Shown here: positions 60,616-64,000 of the stretch, piece by piece | Layout of the letters: each line of letters starts with the position of its first letter | Position numbering within the stretch: the stretch's first letter is position 1 | NCBI GenBank assembly: GCA_965208835.1 | Contig: OZ242358.1 | Coordinates: 3,968,001 to 4,032,000, forward strand | Origin: Candidatus Latescibacterota bacterium | GTDB taxonomy: Bacteria > Latescibacterota > UBA2968 > GCA-2709665 | Direction: 5' to 3' | Length of the DNA stretch: 64,000 nucleotides | The notes under the pieces: generated by a model | The model's database searches: none | Seen by the model: the letters and a program-made list of their open reading frames with translations, nothing else | Told to the model about the DNA's origin: nothing | Translations under genes and position numbers: made by a program

Positions 60616-62360
60616 GTATCACTCCGCGCCCCCGCGTGGGGGGCGACCCAAGACCCGAGACGTGGGCGGTATGGCTTTCGTGTTTCAATCCACGCCCCCG
60701 CGTGGGGGGCGACGTCCGGCTGCTGCCGGCGTCAGGATAACGCGGTCGTTTCAATCCACGCCCCCGCGTGGGGGGCGACGTATATGTTGGAAAACCTTTG
60801 GTTCTTTGTCTGTTTCAATCCACGCCCCCGCGTGGGGGGCGACAGACCGGCCCGACTTCGATGTGCGGGATAGGGTTGTTTCAATCCACGCCCCCGCGTG
60901 GGGGGCGACTGTGACTACTGCCATACGCTATCCGAATCGACCGGTTTCAATCCACGCCCCCGCGTGGGGGGCGACAGATTCACTCTCAAGCGGGGGAGTC
61001 CAATCAAATTGTTTCAATCCACGCCCCCGCGTGGGGGGCGACCGCCATCAGAGGCGGCACACGCACCTCCATCTTGTTTCAATCCACGCCCCCGCGTGGG
61101 GGGCGACGTGTCAATCGTTCCGCCGAAAAACAAATCCGGGTGTGTTTCAATCCACGCCCCCGCGTGGGGGGCGACCTGGGCCGTATCCGTGACGACCCGC
61201 AGCCGGTTCTGTTTCAATCCACGCCCCCGCGTGGGGGGCGACTGACCATACGGCAGTTTTTCGCCGCCGTTGCCATGTTTCAATCCACGCCCCCGCGTGG
61301 GGGGCGACCCCGCCTGGGTTCCGCCAAACAGACGCCTGACAAGTTTCAATCCACGCCCCCGCGTGGGGGGCGACCCTGATACGATCAAACCACATTCACC
61401 TATTAAGGTTTCAATCCACGCCCCCGCGTGGGGGGCGACTCAGGATCTCGGCGTCATCATCCAGAGATCGGAGTTTCAATCCACGCCCCCGCGTGGGGGG
61501 CGACCAGCATATCGAAGACGCCATCAACCAGGCACTGGAGGTTTCAATCCACGCCCCCGCGTGGGGGGCGACAGCCGGAGAAGTTTGTGCGCCGCATCTT
61601 CGGATGTTTCAATCCACGCCCCCGCGTGGGGGGCGACACACGAAATATCCGGGCCATCCCTACGAGTTTATGTTTCAATCCACGCCCCCGCGTGGGGGGC
61701 GACGAGGTATCGGAGGCCAAAGTCCTTGATGCCAAGGTTTCAATCCACGCCCCCGCGTGGGGGGCGACCGGAGGCTACCGCGGCGGCGGAGGACATCCTA
61801 TTTGTTTCAATCCACGCCCCCGCGTGGGGGGCGACTCACGGGCAAGAGAACGGGCGGCGGGCCGGGCAAGAGTTTCAATCCACGCCCCCGCGTGGGGGGC
61901 GACCTTGTACGTCGCCTCGAGCAGCTGGCGGGCCGTGTTTCAATCCACGCCCCCGCGTGGGGGGCGACTGGCCTCCCGGCTCTCTTTCGCTATGCTGATT
62001 AGTTTCAATCCACGCCCCCGCGTGGGGGGCGACCCAGCCGGCGGGCCAGGGTCTGGACGTGGGTCTGTTTCAATCCACGCCCCCGCGTGGGGGGCGACAC
62101 CCTCGTCAGACAGTACCCGGGCAGAGTATGAGTTTCAATCCACGCCCCCGCGTGGGGGGCGACCAAACACATGGATCAAACTCTGTAGTAAATATAGTTT
62201 CAATCCACGCCCCCGCGTGGGGGGCGACATCGGAATGAAATCCGAATGCCGGATGCTGGAGGTGTTTCAATCCACGCCCCCGCGTGGGGGGCGACGATTG
62301 TGGGCAAAGACAACCAGATGGACGGTTTGTTTCAATCCACGCCCCCGCGTGGGGGGCGAC
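60616..62360 (-). CRISPR. Type I-C CRISPR array, 27 repeats and 26 spacers (about 32-36 nt)
   Basis: 32-nt repeat GTCGCCCCCCACGCGGGGGCGTGGATTGAAAC (minus strand) at ~66-nt period; degenerate terminal copy at 60616-60647. Confidence 0.97.
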
Positions 62361-62546
62361 TGTTGCAAGCTAATACGTTGTGTCGCAATACGAAAATGAC
62401 GAGCTGGCGCGAACCGTATCCAGCTCTCTTAGTTTAGAATAGCTACTTGCACCATCGTGACTCGAATCTCTTTAAGTATCAATGGGTTGTACAATGCGCG
62501 GACCTCCCCGTGTTTACCTGACCGCTTGTGGTTCGCACCTGCCCAC
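62361..62546 (-). promoter_or_regulatory. CRISPR leader
   Basis: AT-richer non-coding stretch between cas2 and the first intact repeat. Confidence 0.7.
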
Positions 62547-62837
62547 TCACACAATCAATGTTCCGTTCAAGTCGGTCGCCGGCTTGGCACCAATGTGCTC
62601 TACACGTCGCTTCCAATTAGCACCAAGGAAATAATATCTGAGACTGTCGGTTTCTAAATTGATGATCGCCTCAAGCTGGGCACTTAAAGCGGCCCATTGC
62701 GCGGGCTCCACCTCAATCTCGAACACAGAAAACTGCACTCTTTGTCCAAAATCGCGACATATCTTAGCGACACGACGTAAACGACGTGCGCCGCCATCGG
62801 ATGTCGTCGAGACGTCGTACGTAACGAGAACCATCAT
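62547..62837 (-). CDS. cas2: CRISPR-associated endonuclease Cas2
   Basis: MMVLVTYDVST...GARRLRRVAKIC..FGQRVQFSVFE...DSLRYY.LG. Confidence 0.96.
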   Translation of the reverse strand: MMVLVTYDVSTTSDGGARRLRRVAKICRDFGQRVQFSVFEIEVEPAQWAALSAQLEAIINLETDSLRYYFLGANWKRRVEHIGAKPATDLNGTLIV

Positions 62838-62899
62838 GGTTGTTGGCTTTTCTTTCCTCGCGGATGCGGCCGTCGTTCAAGAGAGTAGGTTGAGTAGCC

Positions 62900-63934
62900 T
62901 CATTTCCATAACCACGGCGGGTGGGCATCTAAGTCGCCTCGAAGATGCCGAGCCAGCAATTGTGCTTGGAGATATGGAACTAAACCGAGCGGTGCCTGCT
63001 CCCCAAGAAAGGGATGGCGACGCTCTACACGCTTTCGCTCCTGCCATGCACTGAGAACCGTTTTGCGAGCGGCATCGCTCATTGAGACGCTGCCGCCTTC
63101 TCGAACTTGGAAGTCCTTAGCGCGTATTTGCCGACGATTGACTAGCGATAGCACAAGCCGATCAGCCAAGACGGGTCGCAGCTCTTCCATAAGGTCTAGC
63201 GCAAGACTCGGACGGCCGGGACGATCTCTATGAAAGAAGCCCACTGCCGGATCCAAGCCAACGCTCTCGGCGGCAGAGTTGCAGTCGTGAACGAGAAGCG
63301 TATATAGAAATGAAAGCAGGGCATTCACAGGGTCACGTGGTGGCCGACGGTTGCGACCTGCAAATGCCATCTCTGGTTCGGGTACGCGGATCAGGAGACC
63401 AAAGAACGAAAAATAGAGCCGTGCGGCCTCGCCTTCAAAACCTCGTAGTCTATCAACACTGTCGTGGCCGTCGCTAATGCGTTGCACAATCTGCCGCAGG
63501 CGATTTGTGGCGACGGACATAGCTTCTCGGCTAGAAAGCTCAAGTTGGTCTCCATAGTCGCGCTGCGCTCTTTGCAAGACGGCTCTCTGATTAGCGATCT
63601 TGCCGACGAGAATGCTGCGGACGATTTCTTCCGGTGTGTCGCTGACTCTATATTGTGCGCGACGCAGCAGTACATTGCCAGAAACTGGACCCTCGACTCG
63701 GGCTTGGAATCGGCCGAATCGACTTAGGAGTACTAAGACGATGCCACCGGCAGCGCAGGCTTGGATCAGAGGTGGAGATATATAGATGCTGCCGAACACC
63801 ACCACCGACCCCAGCATGTGGAACGGAACCCTCACACGTTCCTCGCCCTCTACTTCCGCGACCAGATTCTCGCCGTCCTTGGTCAGACGTGCTTCAGGCG
63901 TAGTAACGTATAGCGTATTGAGCAACCGCCTCAT
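62900..63934 (-). CDS. cas1: CRISPR-associated endonuclease Cas1 (type I-C)
   Basis: MRRLLNTLYVTT, GPVSGNVLLRRAQY, LRGFEGEAA, RNRRPPRDPVNALLSF.Y, GRPSLALDLMEE.R, LARHLRGDLD. Confidence 0.96.
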   Translation of the reverse strand: MRRLLNTLYVTTPEARLTKDGENLVAEVEGEERVRVPFHMLGSVVVFGSIYISPPLIQACAAGGIVLVLLSRFGRFQARVEGPVSGNVLLRRAQYRVSDTPEEIVRSILVGKIANQRAVLQRAQRDYGDQLELSSREAMSVATNRLRQIVQRISDGHDSVDRLRGFEGEAARLYFSFFGLLIRVPEPEMAFAGRNRRPPRDPVNALLSFLYTLLVHDCNSAAESVGLDPAVGFFHRDRPGRPSLALDLMEELRPVLADRLVLSLVNRRQIRAKDFQVREGGSVSMSDAARKTVLSAWQERKRVERRHPFLGEQAPLGLVPYLQAQLLARHLRGDLDAHPPWLWK

Positions 63935-64000
63935 GGGTGTTCTCCAGACTCGGCAAGGTGCGACGATAGAGTGCGGGTTCGCCAAGCGAGAACCGAATGT
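63931..64000 (-). CDS. 3' end of the upstream gene, probably cas4 (partial)
   Basis: Open frame ending in an ATGA overlap with cas1; identity inferred only from the usual I-C gene order. Confidence 0.4.
   Translation of the reverse strand, partial: HSVLAWRTRTLSSHLAESGEHP

Noticed and set aside
59539-60647. Mini-gene units as integron cassettes
   Set aside because: No attC-type RYYYAAC/GTTRRRY palindromes and no integrase in the window; the boundaries match CRISPR repeat ends
60389-62437. Long ORFs with repeated FQSTPPRGGR / VSIHAPAWGAT / FNPRPRVGGD
   Set aside because: These are translations of the CRISPR repeats, not genes

Overview
GC-rich bacterial chromosomal window, probably from a diderm (FadL-like and other beta-barrel genes, a lipoprotein). 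1-37.6 kb is mostly housekeeping and catabolic genes: a split carB, nnrDE, two tRNA-Ser, gltX, tRNA-Gln, adenosine deaminase, prs, glnS, a DUF6364/PIN toxin-antitoxin pair, manA, a sulfatase/amidase/oxidoreductase cluster, ubiA-like/ubiX, and a SelW/Rdx selenoprotein that the ORF track splits at its TGA. 37.6-64 kb is accessory: a RAYT transposase with REPs, a Zur-box-controlled zinc-starvation cluster, a DUF6361-PLD-helicase (Azaca-like) defence operon, and a type I-C CRISPR array (27 repeats) with cas2 and cas1. The main novel signal is a family of six paralogous ~63-74 aa mini-genes (motif W-H-x-D-G-T-P-[FY]-x3-D-Y-x2-A-G-L-x2-P-T-x2-Q-L-x2-W-A) that occupy the 'spacer' positions between degenerate CRISPR repeats. 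They lie in two clusters: 59.5-60.6 kb, continuing directly from the trailer end of the I-C array, and 39.95-40.46 kb. In five of six units the ATG is 4-5 nt after a repeat end, and in four the stop codon is the TGA of the next repeat's ATTGAAA tail. Copies of the same repeat core also bracket the defence operon. All product calls come from motif recognition by eye; no searches were run.
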